From positions 3,658,001 to 3,722,000 of the forward strand of contig CATNEN010000008.1 in assembly GCA_950097015.1 (NCBI GenBank): a DNA stretch of 64,000 nucleotides. The letters run 5' to 3'. The DNA is from Macrostomum hystrix (lineage: Eukaryota; Animalia; Platyhelminthes). The notes beneath the pieces were generated by a model. The model had not been told where the DNA came from and did not search any database. It saw only the letters and a program-made list of their open reading frames with translations. Both the position numbers and the translations under genes were made by a program. How positions within the stretch are numbered: position 1 is the first letter of the stretch; every line of letters starts with the position of its first letter. Positions 48,125 to 59,940 of this stretch are shown here, piece after piece.

Positions 48125-51100
48125 ATGCCAGTTCTCGATCAGCGACTTCTGAGCTACGGACCTGACTATCATCATGGATCTGTGAGTTGAGATTGAGTGT
48201 CTGTCTGTCCATTGAATGTCTGTCTGTCCATTGAGTGTCTGTCCATTGAGTGTCTGTCCATTGAGAGTCTGTCCATTGAGTGTCTGTCCATTGAGTGTCT
48301 GTCCATTGAGTGTCTGTCCATTGAGTGTCTGTCCATTGAGTGTCTGTCCATTGAGTGTCTGTCCATTGAGTGTCTGTCCATTGAGTGTCTGTCCATTGAG
48401 TGTCTGTCCATTGAGTGTCTGTCCATTGAGTGTCTGTCCATTGAGTGTCTGTCCACTGAATGCCCATCACTGAATTCCCTCTCAAGCAGGACAGGCGGCA
48501 GGTTCAGCAGCCCGGTGGCGGGTTGATCCAGCAGGTAGTTGAACCCTCCGCTCCGATGCAGCCGCCGCTGCCAGGTGTCTTCGGCAGTGTCGGCGGCGGC
48601 GGCGGCGTCATCAGCGACAGCTGCGGCGGATTTGGTGGGGCCGGCGGTGGCGATTTCCAGCCGCCGTACTTTCCGCCGCCTTATCCGCATCACCTGCAGC
48701 CCGCAGTGGCCACGCATCAGGTGAGACGGCGTGGAGATGACGATTTTGCGGCGGGAGAGGACAAGGAGAGGGGAGAGATTGAGAGGGGAGAGAGGGAGAG
48801 GGGAGAGAGGGAGAGGGGAGAGATGGAGAGGGGAGAGGGGAGAGATGGAGAGGGAGAGGGGAGAGGGGAGAGATGGAGAGGGGAGAGTGGAGAGATGGAG
48901 AGGGGAGAGGGGAGAGATGGAGAGGGGAGAGGGGACAGATAAGGAAGGGAGAGACGGAGAGGGGAGTGATGGAGAGATGGAGAGGGGAGAGATGGAGAGG
49001 GGAGAGGGGAGAGGGGAGAGATGGAGAGATTGAGAGGGGAGAGATGGAGAGAGGAGAGATAAAGAGGTTAGAGAGGAGAAATGGAGAGATATAGAGGGGA
49101 GTGGGGAGAGGGGGAGATGGATAAGGAGAGATGTGAGATGTGAGACGGAGAGGGTAGAGCAGAGGGAGAGAAAGAGGGGAGATTCGATAGTTTGATGAGG
49201 TCGCTATTTAGGGCAAGAAAAAAGCTTTAGGCAGGGGCAATAATACAGTCTGGAGAGCATTTCAAACCCGAGTGCCACCATCATTCCCTCTCTTGCTTTT
49301 GAAATGCAGCTGGACTTCCAGGATCCGTGGCATCAGTTCGCCAATCCGTACAGTTCGATGTACGCAGCTGCCGCAGCCAGCCAGCAGTACCAGCAGCAGC
49401 ACCTGCCACAGCAGCAACTTCACCATCAGCAGCAGCAGCAGCAGCAACAGCACATTTTGCATCAAAATCAACAACAGCAGCATCAAATAGCTGGTGTTAC
49501 AGCTTCGACTGTTGGCTTGCCGGCGGACCACCTGTCAACTGTGAGCTTCTTGGGATGGAAACTGACTTGAGGATCTGAGAGAGTGGGATGAGGAAGAGGA
49601 ATTGGGGATCTGAGAGAGTGGGATTAGGAAGAGGAATCAGGGATCTGAGAGAGTGGGATGAGGAAGAGGAATTGGGGATCTGATAGAGTGGGATGAGGAA
49701 GAGGAATTGGGGATCTGAGAGAGTGGGATTAGGAAGAGGAATTGGGGATCTGAGAGAGTGGGATTAGGAAGAGGAATTGGGGATCTGAGAGAGTGGGATG
49801 AGGAAGAGGAATTGGGGATCTGGAGAGTGGGATTAGGAAGAGGAATTGGGGATCTGAGAGAGTGGGATGAGGAAGAGGAATTGGGGATCTGAGAGAGTGG
49901 GATTAGGAAGAGGAATTGGGGATCTGAGAGAGTGGGATTAGGAAGAGGAATTGGGGATCTGAGAGAGTGGGATTAGGAAGAGGAATTGGGGATCTGAGAG
50001 AGTGGGATGAGGAAGAGGAATTGGGGATCTGGAGAGTGGGATTAGGAAGAGGAATTGGGGATCTGAGAGAGTGGGATGAGGAAGAGGAATTGGGGATCTG
50101 AGAGAGTGGGATGAGGAAGAGGAATTGGGGATCTGAGAGAGTGGGATGAGGAAGAGGAATTGGGGATCTGAGAGAGTGGGATGAGGAAGAGGAATTGGGG
50201 ATCTGAGAGAGTGGGATGAGGAAGAGGAATTGGGGATCTGGAGAGTGGGATTAGGAAGAGGAATTGGGGATCTGAGAGAGTGGGATGAGGAAGAGGAATT
50301 GGGGATCTGGAGAGTGGGATTAGGAAGAGGAATTGGGGATCTGAGAGAGTGGGATGAGGAAGAGGAATTGGGGATCTGAGAGAGTGGGATTAGGAAGAGG
50401 AATTGGGGATCTGATAGAGTGGGATGAGGAAGAGGAATTGGGGATCTGAGAGAGTGGGATTAGGAAGAGGAATTGGGGATCTGAGAGAGTGGGATGAGGA
50501 AGAGGAATTGGGGATCTGGAGAGTGGGATTAGGAAGAGGAATTGGGGATCTGAGAGAGTGGGATGAGGAAGAGGAATTGGGGATCTGAGAGAGTGGGATT
50601 AGGAAGAGGAATTGGGGATCTGAGAGAGTGGGATGAGGAAGAGGAATTGGGGATCTGAGAGAGTGGGATGAGGAAGAGGAATTGGGGATCTGAGAGAGTG
50701 GGATGAGGAAGAGGAATCTGAGAAGCAAAAATGAAGGATTTGAAAAGATCGCATAGCATGTTTGTGTGATCATGAAATCTTGCCAGTTGCGTGACAGGCT
50801 GGCCAATGCCCGAGCTTTATCAACAGTTGCTATCTGAGATTTAGTATCCAGTTCAATCGAGTATGCAGTGAAAATCTGTTACAGATATAGTTTAAGTCAG
50901 GTCCCATCTGTGGTCCAAAACTTGGCCGGACCGCATTATCATGATGGCATCATGTGATTTGGGAAGCGTGTTGAAACTGTTCGCCTCGTTGAGTTCGCAG
51001 GTGGTCGCGAAGAATAATTCCTCTGTCGTGTGTCTTACTGGTTATAGAAGGGCCGGTTGAGTACAATGCATCAACAAGCGGAACTTTTGCCAAGCTCGAC

Positions 51101-54100
51101 TGACCTGATAAGCTAGTTTAGTTTGAGAAGGCCATTCTTCAGCTCATTGTCATCTACAGGGGAAAAGATTAGGCTGAATCGGGCGCCTTTTGTTTTGGAA
51201 TTTTGTTCGTTTGAAACTAATTCCTGGAAACCGAGTGGAAAACTTGGAGACGCGGAGACTTGAGCTGTGTTGTCATGCGCCCCAGGGGATCAAAAGGAAA
51301 GAGATCTAGAAAATAGAAGACTGTAGTTAGGCAGTAAGGCAGTCCTCATTATGGGATCTTGAGTTTGGTGATGGGGATCGAACCTTTTTAAGCTGGGCCT
51401 CAAACCCCCTCGTGGACACCTCGAGGTCCCAATTATTCGGCTACCCGGGTCTTCGAGTCACGGTTCGAGTTCGTGTTACTATACGAAATTGGACCACTTA
51501 TGGCTTTGCGGACACACACACCTGAGACTAGATAAGTTTTTTATACAAAAAGCCCCAAAAGCACAATCACTCGACAGTCTTAACAACCATCCTTTACTCA
51601 GCTCTGGAGTGTTGAAACTTGACCACTAATTTTAGTTGCCTAAGTGAGAATAGAACTTAATTGATTGCTACTCGAATCGTCTGCTTTGGAAGGTGCGAGA
51701 TTGGAGGAGAGACGGTGGGAGAGCGGAGGAGAGTAGATGGCAGAGCGGAGGAGAGTAGATGTAAGAGCGGAGGAGAGTAGATGTAAGAGCGGAGGAGAGT
51801 AGATGGCAGAGCGGAGGAGAGTAGATGGCAGAGCGGAGGAGAGTAGATGGGAGAGCGGAGGAGAGTAGATGGGAGAGCGAAGGAGAGTAGATGGGAGAGC
51901 GGAGGAGAGTAGATGGGAGAGCGGAGGAGAGTAGATGGCAGAGCGGAGGAGAGTAGATGGCAGAGCGGAGGAGAGTAGATGTAAGAGCGGAGGAGAGTAG
52001 ATGTAAGAGCGGAGGAGAGTAGATGGCAGAGCGGAGGAGAGTAGATGGGAGACCGGAGGAGAGTAGATGGGAGAGCGGAGGAGAGTAGATGGGAGAGCGG
52101 AGGAGAGTAGATGGCAGAGCGGAGGAGAGTAGATGTAAGAGCGGAGGAGAGTAGATGGCAGAGCGGAGGAGAGTAGATGGCAGAGCGGAGGAGAGTAGAT
52201 GGCAGAGCGGAGGAGAGTAGATGGCAGAGCGGAGGAGAGTAGATGGCAGAGCGGAGGAGAGTAGATGGCAGAGCGGAGGAGAGTAGATGGCAGAGCGGAG
52301 GAGAGTAGATGGCAGAGCGGAGGAGAGTAGATGGCAGAGCGGAGGAGAGTAGATGTAAGAGCGGAGGAGAGTAGATGTAAGAGCGGAGGAGAGTAGATGG
52401 CAGAGCGGAGGAGAGTAGATGGCAGAGCGGAGGAGAGTAGATGGCAGAGCGGAGGAGAGTAGATGGCAGAGCGGAGGAGAGTAGATGGCAGAGCGTAGGA
52501 GAGTAGATGGCAGAGCGGAGGAGAGTAGATGGCAGAGCGGAGGAGAGTAGATGGCAGAGCGAAGGAGAGTAGATGGCAGAGCGGAGGAGAGTAGATGGCA
52601 GAGCGTAGGAGAGTAGATGGCAGAGCGTAGGAGAGTAGATGGCAGAGCGGAGGAGAGTAGATGGCAGAGCGGAGGAGAGTAGATGGAAGAGCGGAGGAGA
52701 GTAGATGGCAGAGCGGAGGAGAGTAGATGGAAGAGCGGAGGAGAGTAGATGGCAGAGCGGAGGAGAGTAGATGGCAGAGCGGAGGAGAGTAGATGGCAGA
52801 GCGGAGGAGAGTAGATGGCAGAGCGGAGGAGAGTAGATGGCAGAGCGGAGGAGAGTAGATGGCAGAGCGGAGGAGAGTAGATGGCAGAGCGGAGGAGAGT
52901 AGATGGCAGAGCGGAGGAGAGTAGATGGCAGAGCGGAGGAGAGTAGATGGCAGAGCGGAGGAGAGTAGATGGCAGAGCGGAGGAGAGTAGATGGCAGAGC
53001 GGAGGAGAGTAGATGGCAGAGCGGAGGAGAGTAGATGGCAGAGCGGAGGAGAGTAGATGGCAGAGCGGAGGAGAGTAGATGTAAGAGCGGAGGAGAGTAG
53101 ATGGGAGTGCGGAGGAGAGTAGATGGCAGAGCGGAGGAGAGTAGATGGCAGAGCGGAGGAGAGTAGATGGCAGAGCGGAGGAGAGTAGATGGCAGAGCGG
53201 AGGAGAGTAGATGGCAGAGCGGAGGAGAGTAGATGGGAGAGCGGAGGAGAGTAGATGGCAGAGCGGAGGAGAGTAGATGGCAGAGCGGAGGAGAGTAGAT
53301 GGCAGAGCGGAGGAGAGTAGATGGCAGAGCGGAGGAGAGTAGATGGCAGAGCGTAGGAGAGTAGATGGCAGAGCGGAGGAGAGTAGATGGCAGAGCGGAG
53401 GAGAGTAGATGGCAGAGCGGAGGAGAGTAGATGGCAGAGCGGAGGAGAGTAGATGGCAGAGCGTAGGAGAGTAGATGGCAGAGCGGAGGAGAGTAGATGG
53501 CAGAGCGGAGGAGAGTAGATGGCAGAGCGGAGGAGAGTAGATGGAAGAGCGGAGGAGAGTAGATGGCAGAGCGGAGGAGAGTAGATGGCAGAGCGGAGGA
53601 GAGTAGATGGCAGAGCGGAGGAGAGTAGATGGCAGAGCGGAGGAGAGTAGATGGCAGAGCGGAGGAGAGTAGATGGCAGAGCGGAGGAGAGTAGATGGCA
53701 GAGCGGAGGAGAGTAGATGGCAGAGCGGAGGAGAGTAGATGGCAGAGCGGAGGAGAGTAGATGGCAGAGCGGAGGAGAGTAGATGGCAGAGCGGAGGAGA
53801 GTAGATGGCAGAGCGGAGGAGAGTAGATGGCAGAGCGGAGGAGAGTAGATGGAAGAGCGGAGGAGAGTAGATGGCAGAGCGGAGGAGAGTAGATGGCAGA
53901 GCGGAGGAGAGTAGATGGCAGAGCGGAGGAGAGTAGATGGCAGAGCGGAGGAGAGTAGATGGCAGAGCGGAGGAGAGTAGATGGCAGAGCGGAGGAGAGT
54001 AGATGGCAGAGCGGAGGAGAGTAGATGGCAGAGCGGAGGAGAGTAGATGGCAGAGCGGAGGAGAGTAGATGGCAGAGCGGAGGAGAGTAGATGGCAGAGC

Positions 54101-57100
54101 GGAGGAGAGTAGATGGCAGAGCGGAGGAGAGTAGAGTAGAGCGGAGAGGCTAATAATTGCTTTGCTGGTTACTAGGTAAGCGGATAATACCAGAGTAGGG
54201 TCTGACTTGTCCCTAATGGCTCGGCTTGATTCTCTAATATGCAAATTTAGTCTACCCGGATCCGTATAGCAATTTATCCCCACAGATATGATTTCCGATG
54301 CGATGGGATTTTATCCGAGCGTCAATTTCTTCCTTGGGATTCAAATAATAGCCGAAAGGGTGTTAAATTTCACTTTCCATTGAACCAGTTTCTCGCACAG
54401 GACTCCAAGATTGCCAGGTGTCTGAATTGCTCAAATGAGCACACGTCTATAGCTAGGAAATTATCCTCCTAGCAATTATTTCCCGTTGCAAATTTGCGCT
54501 CAAATTTCCCCAAAAATAATTTTTCCTTTTCAGCCCTGCAGTCAAGATTCGACTGCCTTCTCAGCTGCTCATCTTCATCAGCACTTCGTAGAGATCAAAG
54601 GTGAGCAGGAAGCATTTTTCTGTCATTTCAGTTTAAATCATAAGGTATTTTTACGATTTAGAATCTAGAACTTTTCAAAAAAGGAAAATTTCTAGATCAA
54701 AACTCTGAAATCCGAAATTTTTCAAACCCGAACTTTTTAAACCCGAAACTTTTTAAACACGAAACTTTTTAAACACGAAACTTTTCAAACCCGAAACTTT
54801 TTAAACCCGAAACTTTTTAAACACGAAACTTTTTAAACCCGAAACTTTTTAAACACGAAACTTTTCAAACACGAAACTTTTCAAACCCGAAAATTTTCAA
54901 ACCCGAAACTTTTTAAACCCGAAACTTTTCAAACCCGAAACTTTTTAAACACGAAACTTTTCAAACCCGAAAATTTTCAAACCCGAAACTTTTTAAACCC
55001 GAAACTTTTCAAACCCGAAACTTTTTAAACCCGAAATTTTTCAAACCCGAAACTTTTCAAACCCGAAACTTTTCAAACCCGAAAATTTTCTCAAGCCTAA
55101 AAGTTTTTCAACCTGAAATAAAAAAACACGAATAATTTGAAAAGCAGAATTTTTCAAATCTAAAGAGCAAATGAGTATAGTCTAGAAAAAGAGAACAATC
55201 TCACGCTATTAGATTGGTCGCCATCTTAACATTCAACGGCTACACCGGCGGTTGAGGCGGGGACGCCTCGCCCCCTACCCCACCCGCTGTGAGGCAAACA
55301 AGCTCGGCATGAAGAGCTGGACAAAGATTTTTTCCGAAACAACGAACGGACACGACTGTGCTCAGTTGAGTAGCACACACTCACACTCACACGGAGTCCC
55401 GTAGTTCCAGGTTAATTGGCCGCAGTCCCGCTGTGTCTACAATGTCTCTCGGACAAGCCCACGGAACCGGCTGTGAGACGGTTATGACGGCTCTACTCAA
55501 ACCCTCGGGGCTAAAAAATCCCCTATACTCTCCTCCTCCTAAACAACTGGGGATCAGAGCTGGAGTTGCAGAAGCGTGCGCCAAAATTAAGCAGAGTTTG
55601 GTGGGGGCGGCGATTGTGTGAGAGAGAAAATCACCCCCAGGCGAGATCTGCCGTCTATTTTCTGGCGGCGGCTACCGGCGTCACCCACTCCAGAGCAGTT
55701 TTTGAGCACAGTTTGTGAGCTCCGCCCCTCATGCCGTCTCTCACTCTGTCACTGCTCCCTACTCTAGCTGGAAACACCTCTTCTTTCTCTCTTTCTTCCG
55801 TTCTCCCTTCTAGTCCCTCTGCTTTTAAAGGGTATCAATTTAGTCACTTCAAATATTTCCCCCCTCCTCTTGTCCGCGTGTCGGAAAGCCTTTCAACAGA
55901 GCTCAGTATTTTCAGTATTTTTTTCAAAGAGCAAATAGACAAACAAACTTGAGAGAGATCCTTTAGACAATCATAAATAGATATCGAAAATAGACTAGAA
56001 CATGCAAAATTATCCGATATGTATAGAAAAACACAAGATTGAGATTTTAATGTCTTTTGGATGATAGCGATCATCGCCGCGGATTCGAACTCATGACTGT
56101 TTTTGCGTCAATCCCCAACCCTGTGGGACTCGAATTAATACAAATTTAAAGAGTTTTAATTGCCGCAAAATTAAATTTGAAATTTTAACAGTAGAAAGAC
56201 CGAGCAGTTTTTCACATTGAACAAAGACCAGGAGGTATTTCAACTACCCCCTGCCTGCTTCACGACAGCTCCTAAACCCAATGACCGATTTTCCTGAAAT
56301 TCCACCAATGCATCAAGATTCACTGCATCTTCGAGCCATTCAGCCGAAGACCCTGGTAAAAAGGACAACTAACTTTGCTGTGTTAAAAAACGTCAATGAC
56401 AAATCCATGATGGGGCAATAATATTAATAATTAACAATGACCGACATGGTCACATAAAAAAATTTGTGAGCAGAAAAATTGTCTCTATTTTATGGTTTTT
56501 GCCACCGGACAACCCGACGAGAATCCTCGAATTTCTCGACGATGCCAATGTTTTGCTCACCACGATTACAAATCAGCAGGCAAGGAGGTCAGCGCTGGTA
56601 GACTCAGTGATCAGCTTCACCTGCAGCAGCAGCAGCAGCAGCAGCGACCAGTCCCGGCCATAGACTACAACTCTGACGCCACCACAGACAACAACGGCGA
56701 CGAGGACACGGACATGGACGAGGACCCGGCCGCACTTGGCGGAGTCGACGTCGACATCGAGAGCGGCGGCGGCGGCGGCGAAGGCGGGGACTTCTTCTGC
56801 TCAGTGCCTGGAAGGTTGAGCCTGCTGTCCAGCACCTCCAAGTATAAGGTGACCACCGCCGAGATTCAGCGCCGACTGGGGGCACCGGAGTGCCTGAACG
56901 CCTCTCTGCTCGGCGGCGTTCTCAGGCGGGCCAAGAGCAAGGACGGCGGTCGGTCGCTCAGGAGCAGCCTGGACGGCATCGGACTGTGCCTGCCCGCTGG
57001 GAGGAGGAAAGCTGCCGCGGTGACTCTGTTCACCTCGCTGGTTGAAGGTGAAAATCAATTATTTTAATTTAATTTCAATACGTCCTCAGAATTTCTATAA

Positions 57101-58250
57101 AAAAGAAAAACATTAGAAAAAGAACTGAAAGTTATCGTCGTTTTCTTCGGAGTCAAATGACAACCGTTTTCATTTTCTTTCCGAAGGCAGAAACCATTCA
57201 CTACTACTTAACATTCATGCAACAGTAGTGTGCGCAGGGTGTAAAAACAATTTTCTGTTTAAACGAAAAAAAAATTATTTTCACAGGGGAGGCGGTTCGT
57301 CTGGCGAGAGATTTCAACTTCCTCTGCGAGACGGAATTCCCCGCCAGGGCTTGCGCCGACGTCCTAACGAGGGGCTGGCGGCGGGGCGCAGCGGCGAGTT
57401 TGACGACCCAGCAACTGCAGCAGCAGCAGCAGCAACAACAACAACAACAGAGACAGACGATTCAAACGACTAGGTATTGATTAATAGCTTTTAGAAAGCC
57501 ATTGAATTTTGATTTACACGGTCGGCTTATTCAATGTTCTAAGCTGTTCTTTTCTTAGAAAATTATGTTGTTGGGGTCTCATCCTGGATTATTCCCTAGA
57601 AAATAAAAAAGTTTCCTAGAAACTATTCTAGCCCTGCACTCTGAAGCTTACTCGTCCAGTTTCACTCTCGTTATCTATGCTGGCAGCTCTCACACTCTAT
57701 CCCTTCCTGTTTTCTGATTGGTCGCCATCTTACCCCAACTGATAAGCATTATTATTCTCTAACCCTCTGTCTACCCGCCACCCCTTGCAAAACAACGACC
57801 CTTTCCGACAACTTTTCGACAACTTACTTCCTTGAAATTAGCTTTACTTTGGAAGAATCCTACGTTGCAGAAAAATTGTTAAATTGTAAAATAATTATCC
57901 TAATCTCGATCTCGCGCAGATCCCTGGTCCAGGAGGTGGCCGAGCTGCTCAGCAAGGACCGCTCGCCGTTGTGCAACACCCGGCCGCCGGCCCTGCTGGA
58001 CGCGGAAACTCAGCGACAGCTGGCTCACTTCAGCCTCATCACGCACGGCTTCGGGGCTCCGGCGATCACCACGGCGTTGAGCGTCCTGCTGCGCGTGCTG
58101 TCGGAGGCGGAGCAGCTCCTGCTGGGTGCGCCGACGGCCACTGGGGAGGGCGGCATGAATAGTCGCTTAGCAACAGTTGCTAGGCGAAGTGTTAGCAGCA
58201 GCAGTAGTTCGTTTTCGGCGCCGGATCAGTCACCAGGGAGCGATAAATAG
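48125..58250 (+). CDS. TFAP2: Transcription factor AP-2 (TFAP2) family; exons 48125-48181, 48490-48720, 49310-49540, 54534-54600, 56577-57047, 57287-57473, 57920-58250; about 524 aa
   Basis: PY motif [11 protein letters not shown]; basic domain [52 protein letters not shown]; helix-span-helix [13 protein letters not shown]...CETEFPA and [10 protein letters not shown]...[17 protein letters not shown] introns with compatible phases (0,0,0,1,1,2). Exons 1 and 4 are inferred from phase and splice motifs only. Confidence 0.92.
48195..48460. repeat. 15-bp minisatellite TTGAGTGTCTGTCCA filling almost all of AP-2 intron 1
   Basis: 15-bp periodicity. Confidence 0.95.
48755..49180. repeat. Degenerate G/A-rich repeat (GGAGAGGGGAGAGATG-like) in AP-2 intron 2
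   Basis: Almost pure purine tract. Confidence 0.9.
49575..50720. repeat. 34-35 bp minisatellite TGAGAGAGTGGGAT(G/T)AGGAAGAGGAATTGGGGATC, about 32 copies
   Basis: 35-bp periodicity; starts about 35 nt after the AP-2 exon 3 donor. Confidence 0.97.
51700..54150. repeat. 22-bp minisatellite CAGAGCGGAGGAGAGTAGATGG, about 110 copies
   Basis: 22-bp periodicity; lies in AP-2 intron 3. Confidence 0.98.
54710..55090. repeat. 16-bp minisatellite AAACCCGAAACTTTT(T/C)
   Basis: Direct inspection; lies in AP-2 intron 4. Confidence 0.92.
56074..56093 (-). mobile_element. Relic B-box fragment of the same SINE family
   Basis: TGAGTTCGAATCCGCGGCGA matches 46014-46033 at 19 of 20 positions. Confidence 0.45.
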
Positions 58251-58879
58251 TCGGTCAGATGACTGTACTTCAAGACTGCAGTGTAGATGAGCGCGCCTTT
58301 GTGTACTTTTAGATACCAGAATGTACTTTAAGACAACGAAAATGTACTTTTAGGCAGAAGCAATGTACATCCAATCGCCTGAATGTACTCTAAGACATCT
58401 TTGTAGTCGACTGAGCCTAAAGTTACCATTAGATTGTTGTGTACATTCGCGCGCCAGAATGTGCTTGGAAATGTGCATGAAATAATCGTTAGTTGGACAA
58501 AGTAGTGCAAACCAAAATTAGTTAGATCATTATTATATGCCTGTTGTTTAAGTGTTTCAAGTTGAAAATAATTAATCCAACTACAAGTATTATATGCTCT
58601 AAGAATAGAGTCCAAGATTTTCTGTTGTCGCTAAATGTCCTCGTGCCGGATTTTGTAACAGTATTTTTCTGTCCCGTGTTCACTTTCGTGTTCGGATGTA
58701 TATAAACATATAAGTATGCCACTGTGTTGTTTGTTATTCAGCCAGTAATTAATAATAGTATGCATTTTGCTCTAACTAAGCAGATAATAATAAACCAATA
58801 AAAACAAATACATTTGATGTGCGTCCCAGCAAAATGGGAATGAAAATAATATATTTCTTGATTAGACAACCTAATAGAT

Positions 58880-59940
58880 ATAGGAGAGAGAACAGAGGAG
58901 AGATGAGACATGGGAGAGATGAGACAGAGGAGAGATGACACAGGGGAGATGACACAAGGGAGATAAGACAGGGAAGCGATGAGACAGGGAAAAGATGATT
59001 AAGGGAAGAGATGAAATAGGGGAGAGATGAGACAGAGGAGGGATAAGAGAGGGGAGAGATGAGACAGGGGGAGAGATGAGACAGGGGAGAGATGAGAAAG
59101 GGGAGAGATGAGACAGGGGAGAGATGAGACAGGGGAGAGATGAGAAAGGGGAGAGATGAGACAGGGGAGAGATGAGACAGGGGAGAGATGAGACAGGGGA
59201 GAGATGAGACTGGGGAGAGATGACACAGGGGAGATGACACAAGGGAGATGAGACAGGGAAGAGATGAGACAGGGAAAAGATGATAAAGGGAAGAGATGAA
59301 ATAGGGGAGAGATGGGACAGCGGAGAGATGAGACACGGGAGAGATGAGACAGGGGAGAGATGAGACAGTGGAGAGATGAGACAGAGGAGAGATAAGACAG
59401 GGGAGAGATGATAGAGGGGAGAGATGAGACAGGGGAGAGATGAGACAGGGGAGAGATGCGACAGGGGAGAGATAAGATAGAGGAGAGATGAGACAGGGGA
59501 GAGATGAAACAGAGGAGGGATAAGACAGGGGAGAGATGAGACAGAGGAGGGATAAGACAGGGGAGAGATGAGACAGGGGGAGAGATGAGACAGGGGAGAG
59601 ATGAGACAGGGGAGACATGAGACAGGGGAGAGATGAGACAGGGGAGAGATGAGACAGGGGAGACATGAGACAGGGGAGACATGAGACAGGGGAGAGATGA
59701 GACAGGGGAGACATGAGACAGGGGAGAGATGAGACAGGGGAGAGATGAGACAGGGGAGACATGAGACAGGGGAGAGATGAGACAGGGGAGACATGAGACA
59801 GGGGAGACATGAGACAGGGGAGAGATGAGACAGGGGAGACATGAGACAGGGGAGAGATGAGACAGGGGAGACATGAGACAGGGGAGAGATGAGACAGGGG
59901 AGAGATGAGACAGGGGAGAGATGAGACAGGGGAGAGATGA
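58880..59940. repeat. 16-bp minisatellite GAGACAGGGGAGAGAT (homogeneous on the right, decayed on the left)
   Basis: Direct inspection. Confidence 0.95.

Noticed and set aside
48460-48489. ATG at 48460 as the AP-2 start
   Set aside because: It lies at the satellite edge within intron 1; an upstream phase-0 exon (48125-48181) splices to the DR-starting exon as in other AP-2 genes
50760-51660. Unique segment between two AP-2 intron 3 satellites as a TE or gene fragment
   Set aside because: Only short open frames and isolated B-box-like words; nothing supportable without a database search
51668-54283. 871-aa minus-strand ORF
   Set aside because: Translation of the 22-bp array within AP-2 intron 3; the short unique head resembles no known protein
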